DNA of 64,000 nucleotides, taken from NCBI GenBank assembly GCA_014905635.1, contig JABVCE010000008.1:744001-808000 (forward strand), read 5' to 3'. Below are positions 28,812-39,919 of the stretch, piece by piece. Numbering within the stretch: the stretch's first letter is position 1; each line of letters starts with the position of its first letter. Source of the stretch: Scenedesmus sp. PABB004 (taxonomy: Eukaryota). Under the pieces are notes generated by a model. It searched no databases. It saw nothing but the letters and a program-made list of their open reading frames with translations, and had not been told where the DNA came from. A program made the position numbers and the translations under genes.

Positions 28812-30052
28812 CGCCCGGTCTGGCCAGGCCCGGCCGCGACGGCCCGCCACCTCCAGCGTGGCGCCGGCACGCTACCGCGCCGCCATGGGCGCGCCGCGCC
28901 GCGCCGCGGGCTGCGTGGACCCTGCTGCTCGCTGCCCGCGCGCCGCGCGGTCCCGCGCCGCCTGCGCCGGTGCGCGCAGCGGCGTGTTCAGGTCCCGGGT
29001 GCGAGGATTTGCGGCCGCCGCGCCCGAATGAGCATGGCCTCGACCGATCCGGGCGCTAAGACCTCGACCCTGGCCTGAACTTGCCGTTGAGCAAGGGCCA
29101 CGAAACCCGTCCCCGCGGAGAGCTCCGCCCGCCTGCCGCCGGCGGCGCGCTGCCGCCTGCGCCCGCCGCCGCGCGGCGGCCGCGCCGCCGCCAGCGCTGC
29201 TGGCGGCGCGCCCGCACCCACCGCAGGCTGCTGGCGCTCCTCCCACGTGAGCAGCAGCAGCGGGAGGTGCGGGACGGGCGAGGCGCGGGGCTGCCCGCGC
29301 GCGCGCCGCGGCGCGGGGCAGCGCGGCGCCGCTGCCGGCGCTGCTACGCCTGCCGCACGCACGTTGCGCCGCTGAGCGGCCCCTGGTCTCGCGTTCCTGG
29401 CAGTGGCAGCGTCGGGTGACGCCTTGGGACGCGCCGCCGCCGTGCCGGGGGCGCCGTCGGCGCGCACGGGCGCCCTCCGCGGGCGCCGCCAGCCGGTGAC
29501 GCTGCGGCCCCCGTGCCCGCGCGCGTGTGGGCCCGCCGCCCCGTGCCGCGCCGGCGGCGACGCGCGGGGCGGTGGGCACCCCACGCCTTTGCGCCGCGCG
29601 CGTGCCGGATCCGCCCCCGCCGGCGCCGCCACGCGCGCTCGCGGCCGCCGCTCTGCTGCGCCGCGCGGGCCCGGGCGGCCGTGGGCGGCCCGCGCCGCGG
29701 TGTGTTTGGGCGACTGGGGGCCATCTGTGCAGCCGGAGCGCGGTCGTGACCGCGGTTGCGCGGGCAGCCAGCTGACACACCTAGGCCGCGACTGACGTCC
29801 AGGCCCGCCCGCGCCGAGTGACCGCCCACCGCGCCCCGCCCGCCGCGCCCCACACAGCTCCCCGAGGCTCCGAAGCACGCGAGACCGCCCGCGCGTCGCG
29901 CTCGCCCGAGCAGCAACTGCGCGTCGCCAGCTCCGCTCCCGCCGCGCCCGCGGCGCGCCGGGCGCACCGGCGGCTCGTTTCATGAGCGCGTAGCCCGCGC
30001 GCCGCGCCCGCGAGGCAGCCTGGGGCGTCGGGTGCGAGCGCCAGCGCCCGCG

Positions 30053-33000
30053 ATGTTTGGCGCCACCAGCAAGTGAGCGGGCGCGCGGGCGCCGGGGCAT
30101 AATTGGACGCCCGCCCCCGCCTCGGCGCGGGCCCCGCTGGCGCGCAGGGGCGCGGGGGTGCAGTTGTGGGATCCATCGCCCGCCCCGGCGCACGCTGGCC
30201 GCGGCGCCGTGCCGTGCGCGCCGTCCCGGCGGCGTCGGGGGGCCAGCCCCTGCCGTCCGCGCCTGCGCCCGGCGCGGCGCGGCGCCGGGGTGGGCCGGGG
30301 CGCGCCCTGCCAGGCTGTGAACAGTTGGGGCGCCAGCCTGCTCGCCCGCCGGCCGGGCGCGCGCCCCCGCCGCGCCGGAGGCCGCGTCCCGGCCGGAGGC
30401 CGCGTCCCGGCGGGCCCGACCTGACGCACCGCCGCCGCCGCGCCGCCGCCGCCACGCCCCGCGCGCGCGCGCGTTCGCGCCGCGCGCCGCAGGCCCGCGG
30501 CGCCGCGCTGCGGCACCATCTGCGTCACGCGCCACTGCCCGCGCGAGATGGGGGGCCGCGCGGCCTGGTCCATCGACCAGTTTGTGGTGGCCAAGAAGCT
30601 CGGCGGCGGCTACGCGTCGACGGTGCACCTCGCCATCTGCAAGGCCACGGGCACGCAGGTGGCCATCAAGGTGTACCACCGCTGCAAGCTCAGCCAGCTC
30701 AACAACTACCAGGTGCAGCGCGAGATCCGCATCCACTCCTGCCTCGACCACAAGAACGTGCTCGCGCTGGTGCGCGCGCGCCCGACGCGGCGGCAAGCGC
30801 GACCGCGCGCGCGCGCGCGCGCGCGTGGCTTCAACGCGCGCCAGCGCGCGGGCGCAGCAGCCGACGCCGCCGCCGACGTCACCGCGCGTCGCCGCAGTTT
30901 GCCGCGTTTGAGGACGAGGTCGGCGTGTACCTCGTCAGCGAGTACGCGTCGCGCGGCGACGTCTTTGGCGAGCTCGACCGCCGCGGCGGCAGCATGACCG
31001 AGGCCGACGCAGTGCGCCAGGTGCGCGCACGACGCGCCCCGCGCGCCCCGCACGCCCCGTGCCTGCGCCAGCAGCGGGGCCCTGCGACGGCGCGCGCCAC
31101 GCTTGCTTGCGAGCTGCTCCCCGCGCCCCCCGCCCACCGCGCCGCGCGCCCCGCGCCGTGTGCCGTGGTCTGTGTCCCCTTTGCCAGGTCATCGCGCCCT
31201 TCCTCAGCGCGCTGGAGTATCTGCACAGCCTGAGCATCATACACCGCGACATCAAGCCAGAGAACCTGCTCTTCACCTCCACCGGCGTGCTCAAGGTCGC
31301 AGGTGGGTGAAGGGCCCAGGGGCAAGCGCCGCGCGGGGCTCGCCGCCGCCGGCCGCCCCCTGGCAGGCCCCTGGTCGGCAGCTCGGCGCGCTCACGCGCG
31401 CGCCGGGCCGCGCCGCGCCGCAGACTTTGGGCTGTCAATCGACATCACGCAGGAGCGTCCCGTCACGCGCGTGGGCACGCTCGACTACATGGCGCCCGAG
31501 GCGAGCCCCCGCGCGCGAGCCCCCGCGCGCGCGCGCCAGCCGCACCGACCCGCGCGCCGCCCGGCCCGCCGCCGCCGACCCGCTCGCCCGCCGACGCCGC
31601 GCGCCGCCAGGTGGTGGTCTGCCCCGACAAGTGCCACCCGAGCGACCACAAGGAGAAGACGCACCTGCACTACACCTACCTCGTCGACGCGTGGGCGGTC
31701 GGCGTGCTCGCGTATGAGCTCACGGTCGGGCGCGCGCCGTTTGACGCGGGGCACAAGCGCGGGACGATCGAAAACATCCTGCACTCGCAGCCGCGCTACC
31801 CGGCCTGGCTGAGCGACTCGTGCCGCCACTTTGTGAGCTGGAGCCTCACCAAGGACGCGGCCAAGCGCCCCGGCATCCAGCAGCTCGCGGAGCACCCCTG
31901 GGTGCACACGCACGTGGGCGTGCCGGCCAAGGCCGCGCCCTCGGCGCGCGCGGTCTCGTTCCACAACCTCGCCCTCTATACAGACCCCGCCGGCGCGCGC
32001 GGCGCCGACGGCGCCGGCGCGGGCAGCGCGCGCCAGAAGATGGGCGACGGCCTGCCCGCGCCCGCGGGCAGCTGCGAGCGCGCGCTCGCGGAGCTCGCCG
32101 AGGCGGGCGGCGGCGACGAGGACGAGGTGTTTGTGTCGGCCAGCGGCGACGCGGCGCCGGCGCCGGCGCGCGCCGGCGCCGGCGCGGCCAAGCCCGCGCT
32201 GCCGGGCGGCGCGGTCGCGATCAGCGCGGCGTCGGGCGTGTCGGCGGGCCCCGCCGCGCCGCCCGCGCCCGCCAACTCGGCGGCGAGCGCGCAGCCGGCG
32301 GCGTCGCCGTTTGCGGCGGCGGCGGCGGCCGCGCCCGCGCCGTCGGGCGGCTCGGGCCTGATGAGCCTGCCCGTGCTCGGCGCGGCGGCGGACAAGCTGC
32401 GCGCCTTTGTGCACCGCTGCCAGTCGGCCAACGACATCGACAGCCTGCGGGCGTTCATGCTCCTGCAGCCGCCGGAGCCCTCCAACGCGTGCTTCGAGCC
32501 CGGCGGCCGCTTCCACGCCGGCGGCGCGGGCGACGGCGCCGCCGCGGCGGCGGCGGCGGCGGGCGCCGCCGCGCAGCCGGGCGGCGCCGGCGCGGAGAAG
32601 CAGCAGCACGGCGGCATGAGCGCGCACGACTCGGCCGCGTCGCTGGGCAGCCACGGGAGCAGCAGCAGCAGCAGCCGGCCGGCCGACCTGCCGCGCTCGC
32701 CGGGCGCGGGCGCGGCGGCCGGCGGCGCGTCGCCCCGGCCGCTCGCGCTCGTGCGGCTGCCGCCCGCGCTGGGCGGCGCCGTGCCGCGCAGCGACAGCTG
32801 CCGGAGCCTGCAGGGCCTGGCCGGCATCACCGAGGGCAAGCGTGAGGGCCACGAGTCGAGCCAGGGCGGCGGCCCCGCGCCGATGTCGCCCGGGCGCACC
32901 GCGAGCCTGCAGGGCGCCGCGAGCAGCAGCCCGATGTGCCTCTCGCCGGCGGCGGGGCCCTCGCGCAAGGCCGGGCCGGCGAGCGCGAGCGCGAGCACGA

Positions 33001-33410
33001 GCAGCTGCAGCTGCAGCTGCAGCAGCAGCTGCGAGAGCGGCCTCGCCGCGAGCGGGCGCGGCAGCATGAACAGCACAACCAGCTGGGACTGCCAGCACCA
33101 GCAGCAGCAGCAGCGGTTTGGCGGCAGCGGCCAGGCGGGGCAGCAGCCGCACGAGGCGCCGCAGCCGCCGTCGCCGCCGCGGCTGGGCGCCAAGGCGGGC
33201 GCCGCCGCGGCGCAGGGCCTGGACCAGCTGCTCGCAACCTGCCGCCCGGGGCAGGCCGTGCCCGTGGGCGCCGGCGCGGACGCGCTGACCGCGGACGGCC
33301 GCGCCGGCGCGCCCGGCGCGGCCGAGGCGGCGGCGCAGGCGCAGCTGCTGCGGAGCCTGGAGCACACCAACGGCTGCTTCGGCTTCCTGTCCAAGCCGCC
33401 CCGGCGCTGA
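30053..33410 (+). CDS. Aurora-like Ser/Thr protein kinase (chlorophyte-expanded type) with long low-complexity tail; 5' end uncertain (30053 tentative, kinase domain from about 30548)
   Basis: WSIDQFVVAKKLGGGYASTV, VAIKVY, QVQREIRIHSCLDHKNV, HRDIKPENLL, DFGLSI, RPVTRVGTLDYMAPE, VDAWAVGVLAYEL, HPWV. Confidence 0.88.
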
Positions 33411-34642
33411 GCCTCAGCCGCAGCGCTGGGCGCGGGGGCGGCGGGCGATGAGGCGGTGGACTGCGCTGGACTGCGTGTGACGGGGCTCGGCGCCGCTGCC
33501 TGCCTGCTCCGCGCTGGGCCGTGTACATACGGATGGCCTCCCGGGGGCGTGGCCGCCCCGCTCTTCTCTGCGCGTCGAGAGCGGGGCGCGCCGGCGGCAC
33601 TGCCTCCTCCTCCCTCCCTTCTTTGAACGCGCACGCACCATTCGTTGGCGCCCTGCGCGCGCAAACTTTAGTTGTGTGCCGCGCCCCCGCCGCGCGGCCG
33701 CGCGGCCGCCGGCCGCACGGCTGGCGGCGGCGCGCGCGCGCGCGCGCGCGCGGCTGCGGCGGGCCCGCGCCCGGCCCGCGCCGCCGCCGCCGGGCTGGCC
33801 ACGGTTGGGCGCCCCCGCGCGCGCCCGTGTGTGTTGTGTTGTGCGAGCGCGCAGCTGCCTGCCTGTGCTGCAGCGTGCGGCTGGGTGTGCTCCCGTGACC
33901 TCTGTCGCGATGGTGGCTGATGCATAGCCATCACTGCTGCCCGCCGTCCCACTCGGCGCCGCGTCGGCTGTACACTTTGTCGCTGTCGGGCGCTGCCAAC
34001 GCTGCTGCACAGATGTCCAGCCTCTCTGACAGCCTCGGCAGCGCGCAGGCGGGGGGGACGACTCTGTGCGCGACGGCCCCGGGGGGTCGCGCGCGCACGC
34101 GCTCGCGCGCTGCGGCGGCGCACGCGCTGCTGCGGCCTCTCGGGGCCTGTGCGGAACGAATGCATTCCTCAATGCAGTAGGCAGGCAGTGGGGCGGCCTG
34201 TGCTGTCTGCGGATGCGGATGCGAGGGGAACGACGACGATGATGCGGGAAACGGAATGCGCAAGCGCGGTCAAAAAATCTCCCGTTTCCGCCGCTATTGC
34301 GGGCCCCCTGCGCAGCGCCGCGGCCCCGCGCGTGCTGCGCGCGGCGTCACCGCACGCACCGCAGCGAACGCTCACTGCGCCCGTGGCGCGCGCGTGCCGG
34401 CCGCAGTCCCGACGCTCACAAGCGCGGGGAAGGTGCACCAAGCGCCACGCCGCCAAGGCAGGGGCCCCTTGACAAACGCCGTCACGCCGGTGGAGCGCCG
34501 CCGCCGCATTAATCCCCCCCCCCCCGCCGACGCCCGCCACACCGCCGTTCAGCGTCGATCACGCAACGCGACCGCGCGCTGCCGCGCACCCCCGCCGCGT
34601 CGGCGCCTGCGTCTTGGTCCCCGCCAGCGATCGCGCCGCGCC

Positions 34643-37600
34643 ATGAGGGCCGCGGTTCTGCTCCTGATCGCCGCGCTCGCGGCGGTCGCAGCGCAGCCGC
34701 CGGGCGACGCACCGGGTGCGTGGCGGGCGGGCGGTGCTGCTGATGCGGGTGACTCCACCTCCACCGCGCCAACGCCCGCTCGCGGCCGCGTCGCCGCGCG
34801 CCTGGACGGTCTGGGAATAAGCACAAACACGCCCGTCGCGCCAGCGCGGCGCCGCGACGCCCGGGGGGCCAGGACCAAAGCCGGCGGCGCAGCTGCGACA
34901 GCCTGGCGCGGCGGCGCGCGCGCTGGCGCGGCCGCGTGCTGCTGCCGCCCAGCGCGGCACCGCCTGCTGCCGGTGCTGCAGCTCGTTGACGACCGCCCGC
35001 CGCCGCCCGCCGCCCGCCGCCCGCCGCCCGCCGCCCGCCGCCCGCCGCCCGCCGCCCGCCGCCCGCCGCCCGCCGCCCGCCGCCCGCCGCCCGCCGCCCG
35101 CCGCCCGCCGCCCGCCGCCGCCCGCCGCCCGCCGCCCGCCGCCCGCCGCCCGCCGCCCGCCGCCCGCCGCCCGCCGCCCGCCGCCCGCCGCCCGCCGCCC
35201 GCCGCCCGCCGCCCGCCGCCCGCAGCCGGCCCCACGCTGACGCTGCAGAGCGGGCAGGCGGTCGACCTGGCCCGCTTCGCGGCTGAGAAGGGCAAGAACG
35301 GGCGCTGCTGCATCCCCGTGTCGGAGCTGGGCGACTTCAGCCCGATCGGTGCGGTCGGCGCTGCGCCGGGCGCTGCGCTGGGCGCTGCGCCGCGCCGCGC
35401 CGCGCTGGGCGCCGCGCCGCCGCGCCGCCGCGCCGCCGCGCCGCGCGCCGCACGGCCCGGCGGCTGTGCCCCTCCCCCCTCCCTCACCCGTCGCGCCGCC
35501 GCGGCGCCGCGCTGCAGTCCGCATCGACAACAGTGGCGGCAAGTTCTACGCCGCGTGGGACAAGGACTGCAAGAACGCGATCAAGGTCACCTCCTACCCG
35601 AGCACCTTCCAGTTTATTTACGTCTGCGGCGGCGCCGGCGACGACAGCTTTGACGGCGGGCTCTACGTCGGCCTCGAGGGTGACTGGTGGTGAGCGGGGC
35701 CGCGGCGCGCGCGGCGCACGCAGCCTGCAGACGCGGCCCGCGCACGCGCGCGCCGCACGCGCCGCACGCGCCTCGCTCACGCGCGCCGCCCGCCCGCCCC
35801 CGTGCGCCCGCAGCGTGAAGGAGGACAACACCGCCGACCCGCAGGTCGTCTGCTCCCTCGCCGCGCCCGTGTGCGACGCGGGCGTGACGGGCAAGTGCAT
35901 CGCCCTGCCCAAGGAGGCGACCGCGGCGGTGTCCGGCCCCCGTGCGTGCCGCGCCGCGGGCGCACCCGCCGCCGCGCCTCGCTGCCGCGCCTCACCCCGC
36001 CGCGCCCGCCGCGCCTCACCCCGCCGCGCCCGCCGCGTCACGTCCGCCGCCGCGCCGCTCCCCGCTGCGCGGCGCGCGCACGCAGAGGCCACGCTGATGA
36101 GCGGCCAGGTGGTCAACCTCAACGTGCTGTACAAGGACTTTGGCGGCGAGTGCTGCCTGCCCGCGAGCGTGCTCGGCGACAGCAGCCCCATCGTGTCGCT
36201 CAAGAACTCGGACGGTGCGCTGCGCGGGGGCTGCCCGCCCCCCGCGCGCTGCGCCCGCGCGTGCTGCGCCCCGCGCGTGCTGCGCCCCGCGCGTGCTGCG
36301 CCCCGCGCGCTGCCGCCGCCGCGGCCCTGCGCCGCCGCGGCCGTGTGCTGCCCGACCGCGCGCCGCCCGACCGCGCGCCGCCGCGCGCGTCGCGCCGCCG
36401 CGCGCGTCGCGCCGCAGGCAAGTTCTTCGTCTCCAACGACGCGGGCTGCGGCAGGTGCGCCCGCCCGCCCGCCCGCCGCGCTCAACACGGCTGGCTGGCC
36501 GGGCCCCCGCGCGCCGCGCGCCGCCGCCCTTCACCACGCCGCGCCGCGCCGCGCCGCGCGCCCCGTGTCCACCACCCCGCAGCCCCATCCTGGCGAGCAG
36601 CTACCCGGCGACGTTCAACTTCATCTACGTCTGCGGCGCCGCGCCCAGCGCGGGCTGCCCGCCGGGCGGCTGCTACACCAACGTCGACGGCGGTGCGCGC
36701 CGCCGCCGCGCGCAGCGAGCGCGCGCGCACGGCCGGCGCGCAGCGAGCGCGCGCGCACGGCCGGCGCCGCGCGGCCGCCGCGCTGACGACGACGGCCCGT
36801 CCGCGTCCGTGTCCCGCGGCCAGGCGTTGCGCTGCTGCCCGTGGGCGGCACGTGCGACCCCTACAACATGTACAGCGTCGGCCTCTGCTTCGGCAATTCC
36901 TTCTGCTACGGCGGTGAGCCCCCGCGCGCCGCGGCCCGCGGCGCCGGTGCCGGGCACCCACGCGCCCACGGGCTGGAGCAGGGCTGCACGCGCCGCCCGG
37001 GCGCCCCGGCGGCCGACGCCGCCTCGCGCGCGCGCGTGCGGCGCAGGGAGCTGCGGGCTGTGGAACAACATCGGCGTCGGCGTCATCCCCTGGCTCGTTA
37101 CGCCCTTCTGGCGGTGCGCCGGCCGGGCCGCGGCCGCAGCGCACGGCGCCGCCGGCGCCGCGCCGCGCCGCGCCGCGCCGCGCCGCGCCAGCCCACCCCG
37201 CCGCCGCCGCTCCCGCCGCTGCTCCCATGCACCGCGCGCACCTGCAGCCCGTGGCGTCCGCTCTACTTCCGGCCGCCCATCTACCCCCGCCCGCCCTACT
37301 GGCGCCCCGGCTACCACCCCGGCTGGTGCGCCGCGCGGCGCGGCGGGCCGCCGCTGCGGCCGGCAGCAGCATGCCCCCGCAGCCGCGGGCGCCGCTCACG
37401 CACGCGCACTCGCCGCGCTCCCGCCTGCCCGCCTCCACGCACGCCAGGCGCCCGGGGCAGAAGCCCAACTGGCCGTCCTGGAACCAGCGCCCCGTGCGCC
37501 CGGTGCCGCTGCCCGCGCGCCCTGGCGTCGGCGGCAACCGCCCCACGACGCTCCCTGGTGAGCAGGGCTGCGCGTGCTTGCGCGGGCCAGCCCTCGCGGG

Positions 37601-37979
37601 CCCCGCGCGCCAGCAGGCCAGCGGCCCGCCCCCGCGCTGACGCCCCTGCGCGCGCCGCCGCCGCCGCCGCCGCCGCCGCCTCGGCACAGGCACCCTGCCC
37701 ACCAACCGCCCGGGCCAGGGCATCAACCGCCCCACGACGCTCCCCGCCACGCGGCCCAACATGCCCACCACGCGCCCAGCCATGCCCACGACGCGCCCGG
37801 CGATGCCCACGACGCGCCCGGCGATGCCCACGACGCGCCCCGCCATGCCCACCACTCGCCCGGCGATGCCCGCCACGCGCCCCGCCACGCTGCCGGCGGC
37901 GAACACGCTCGTTCGCCCGACCACCGGCCGCGTGGGCGGCGGCGGCGGCCTGGGCGGCGGCGGCGGCCGCAGGGGCTGA
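34643..37979 (+). CDS. Secreted protein of unknown family: two tandem Cys-containing domains, aromatic/Pro-rich segment, (MPTTRPA)n repeats; about 11 exons
   Basis: Signal peptide MRAAVLLLIAALAAVAAQ. Copy 1: TLQSGQAVDL...CCIPVSELGDFSPIVRIDNSGGKF...C...TSYPSTFQFIYVCG. Copy 2: TLMSGQVVNL...CCLPASVLGDSSPIVSLKNSDGKF...C...SSYPATFNFIYVCG. Stop at 37979. Confidence 0.8.
34993..35223. repeat. Heptamer satellite (CCGCCCG)n, about 230 bp, in intron 1 of the secreted protein gene
   Basis: Near-perfect 7-bp period with occasional extra CCG, ending at the acceptor cgcag. Confidence 0.92.
37761..37890 (+). repeat. Coding 21-bp minisatellite encoding about 6 x MPTTRPA
   Basis: atgcccacgacgcgcccggcg units with mostly synonymous variation. 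Confidence 0.92.
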
Positions 37980-38259
37980 GCGGGCGAGCGCGCCGCGTGC
38001 GCGCCGCCCACGCGAGCGGCGCGCAGGGGCCGTGTGAGCTGCGCCCCGCGGAGCTGCCCGAACCAATGCTGGGCTGCTGAACAGCACTGGGCTGACGCGC
38101 GCAACGCACGCAGGGGGCTGCCGCTGCGCCACCGCAGCCAGAGTGGGGGCGGTAACCTGTGACCTGGGCTGGCACGCGCGCTTGGTCGAGAGACTCGAGT
38201 CACACGGCGACAGTCGGCGCGCGGCACTAACTCAGTGCCACTGAACCCTGGTGCCAGCC

Positions 38260-39888
38260 CTATCTCGACGACGCAAACGGCGCCGCCCGGCCAGCGGGCG
38301 ACACGGGGCGCCGCGGCAGGCGCGGGCGCGGCAGCAGCAGGTCGATGCCAGCCTGGTCGCCGCGCTGCGCCTGCTGCGCGTCGTGCTGCGCCTGCTGCTG
38401 CGCCTGCTCCTCTGGCGCGGGGCTGGTCGCCGCCGGAAGCCCCTGGCTTTGGCCGCCGCCTCTGCTGCCAGCAGCCTCGTCCGCGGCGGTGCTGGAGGGC
38501 TGCAGCTGCTGCTGCGGCAGCTGCCGCGCCGGGGCGCCGCTCACGCCAGCTGCCGCCGCCGCCGCCGTCGCCGCCGCCAGCCGCTCGGCAGCGGCGGGCG
38601 TGGCGAGGCCGCCGGCGGTGAGCTGCCGCACCAGCGCCGGCGCCGGCGCGAGGCCGAGCGCCTCCAGCGCGCCCACACACTGCAGCAGCTCCTGCCCGCT
38701 CAGCTCGGCCAGCAGGCCCTGCACGCGCGCGCCCGCCGCGCCGAGCCAGCGCGCGTCGGGGCGTAGCCGCAGGCCCGCGAGGCCGCCCAGCAGCCGCGCG
38801 AGCGCGCGCGGCCCAAATGCCGGCAGCGACTCGCCCGCCGCGCGCGCCGCCGCGGCGAGCCACGCCGGCCCGGGGCTGAAGCGCAGCGCGGCAAACGCCC
38901 AGACCAGGTCCGCCAGCTCCTCGGGGGCCAGGGAGCCCAGGTGGCACTGGCTCTCGTCCGCGAGCAGCAGCAGCCAGTCGGCGTTGGGCGCCGCGCCCGC
39001 GCCGGCGAGGCTACGCAGTGTGCGGCTGAGCATGGCGCCGCTCATGAGGTGCATTCGCTCCGCCGCGGTGGCCAGAAAGCTGCGGCGGCGGCGCGGCGGC
39101 AGCGCGGCAGCGCGGCAGCGCGGCAGCGCGGCAGCGCGGCAGCGCGGCGGCGGCGGCGGCGGGCGCGTGAGCCGCGGCGCGGCGCGCCGGGGCGGACGCG
39201 CGCGCGCGGGCGGGCGGGCGCGTGCGGCCTCACCGCTGCATGAGGTCCCGGCTGGGCGCAAGCCGCAGCTCCGCGAGGCCCCACATAATGCTGCACAGCC
39301 CCGGGGCATTGAGCGTGGGCAGGCGCGCAGAGACCTGCGCCAGCGCGGCCGCCGCCCACGCGGGCGGCGGCGGCGCGTCGGGGCTGAGCGTGCCGAGCGC
39401 CTCGAGCGTGGCGCTCAGCTGCAGCGCGGTGAACGCCGGCAGGCGCGGCAGCGACGCGGCGTAGAACCTGCGGGAGCGAGGCAAAGTGGCGGCGGCGGTG
39501 GCAGCGGCGGCGGCGCCTCACGCGCGAGCACGGGGGGCGGCGGTGCGCGGGGGCGAGCAGCGGCCAGCAGCCGGCGGCAGGCGGCGCACCGCTCGAGCCA
39601 CTTGGCGCCCGGCTTGTGCGCCAGCTGCTGCAGGCCGGTGAGCAGGCTGCTGAGCTCCTGGGGGCTGGCCGACGGCAGCACCTGGTATGCTCGCTCCAGC
39701 ACAGCGCCCAGCCAGCTGCCGGGCAGCTGGCGCAGGCCCAGCCGCCCCGCCGCCCACACGACGTTGCAGACCGCCTGCGGCGAGCAGCGCGACAGCGCCG
39801 GCTGCAGCGCGTGCAGGAACGCCAGCAGCCAGGGCGTGGGTGGGGCCTGAGGGCGGCGACGAGCGGGGGCAGGGAGGGGGCTGTGTGA

Positions 39889-39919
<31 letters not shown>

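Noticed and set aside
34993..35223. Interstitial telomere or CRISPR-like array
   Set aside because: The unit CCGCCCG is unrelated to TTTAGGG-type repeats, and there are no spacers or cas genes.
35685..35695. Apparent in-frame TGA after GDWW (possible selenocysteine or readthrough)
   Set aside because: The TGA is part of a GTGAG donor; splicing TG|C gives Cys and restores the frame.
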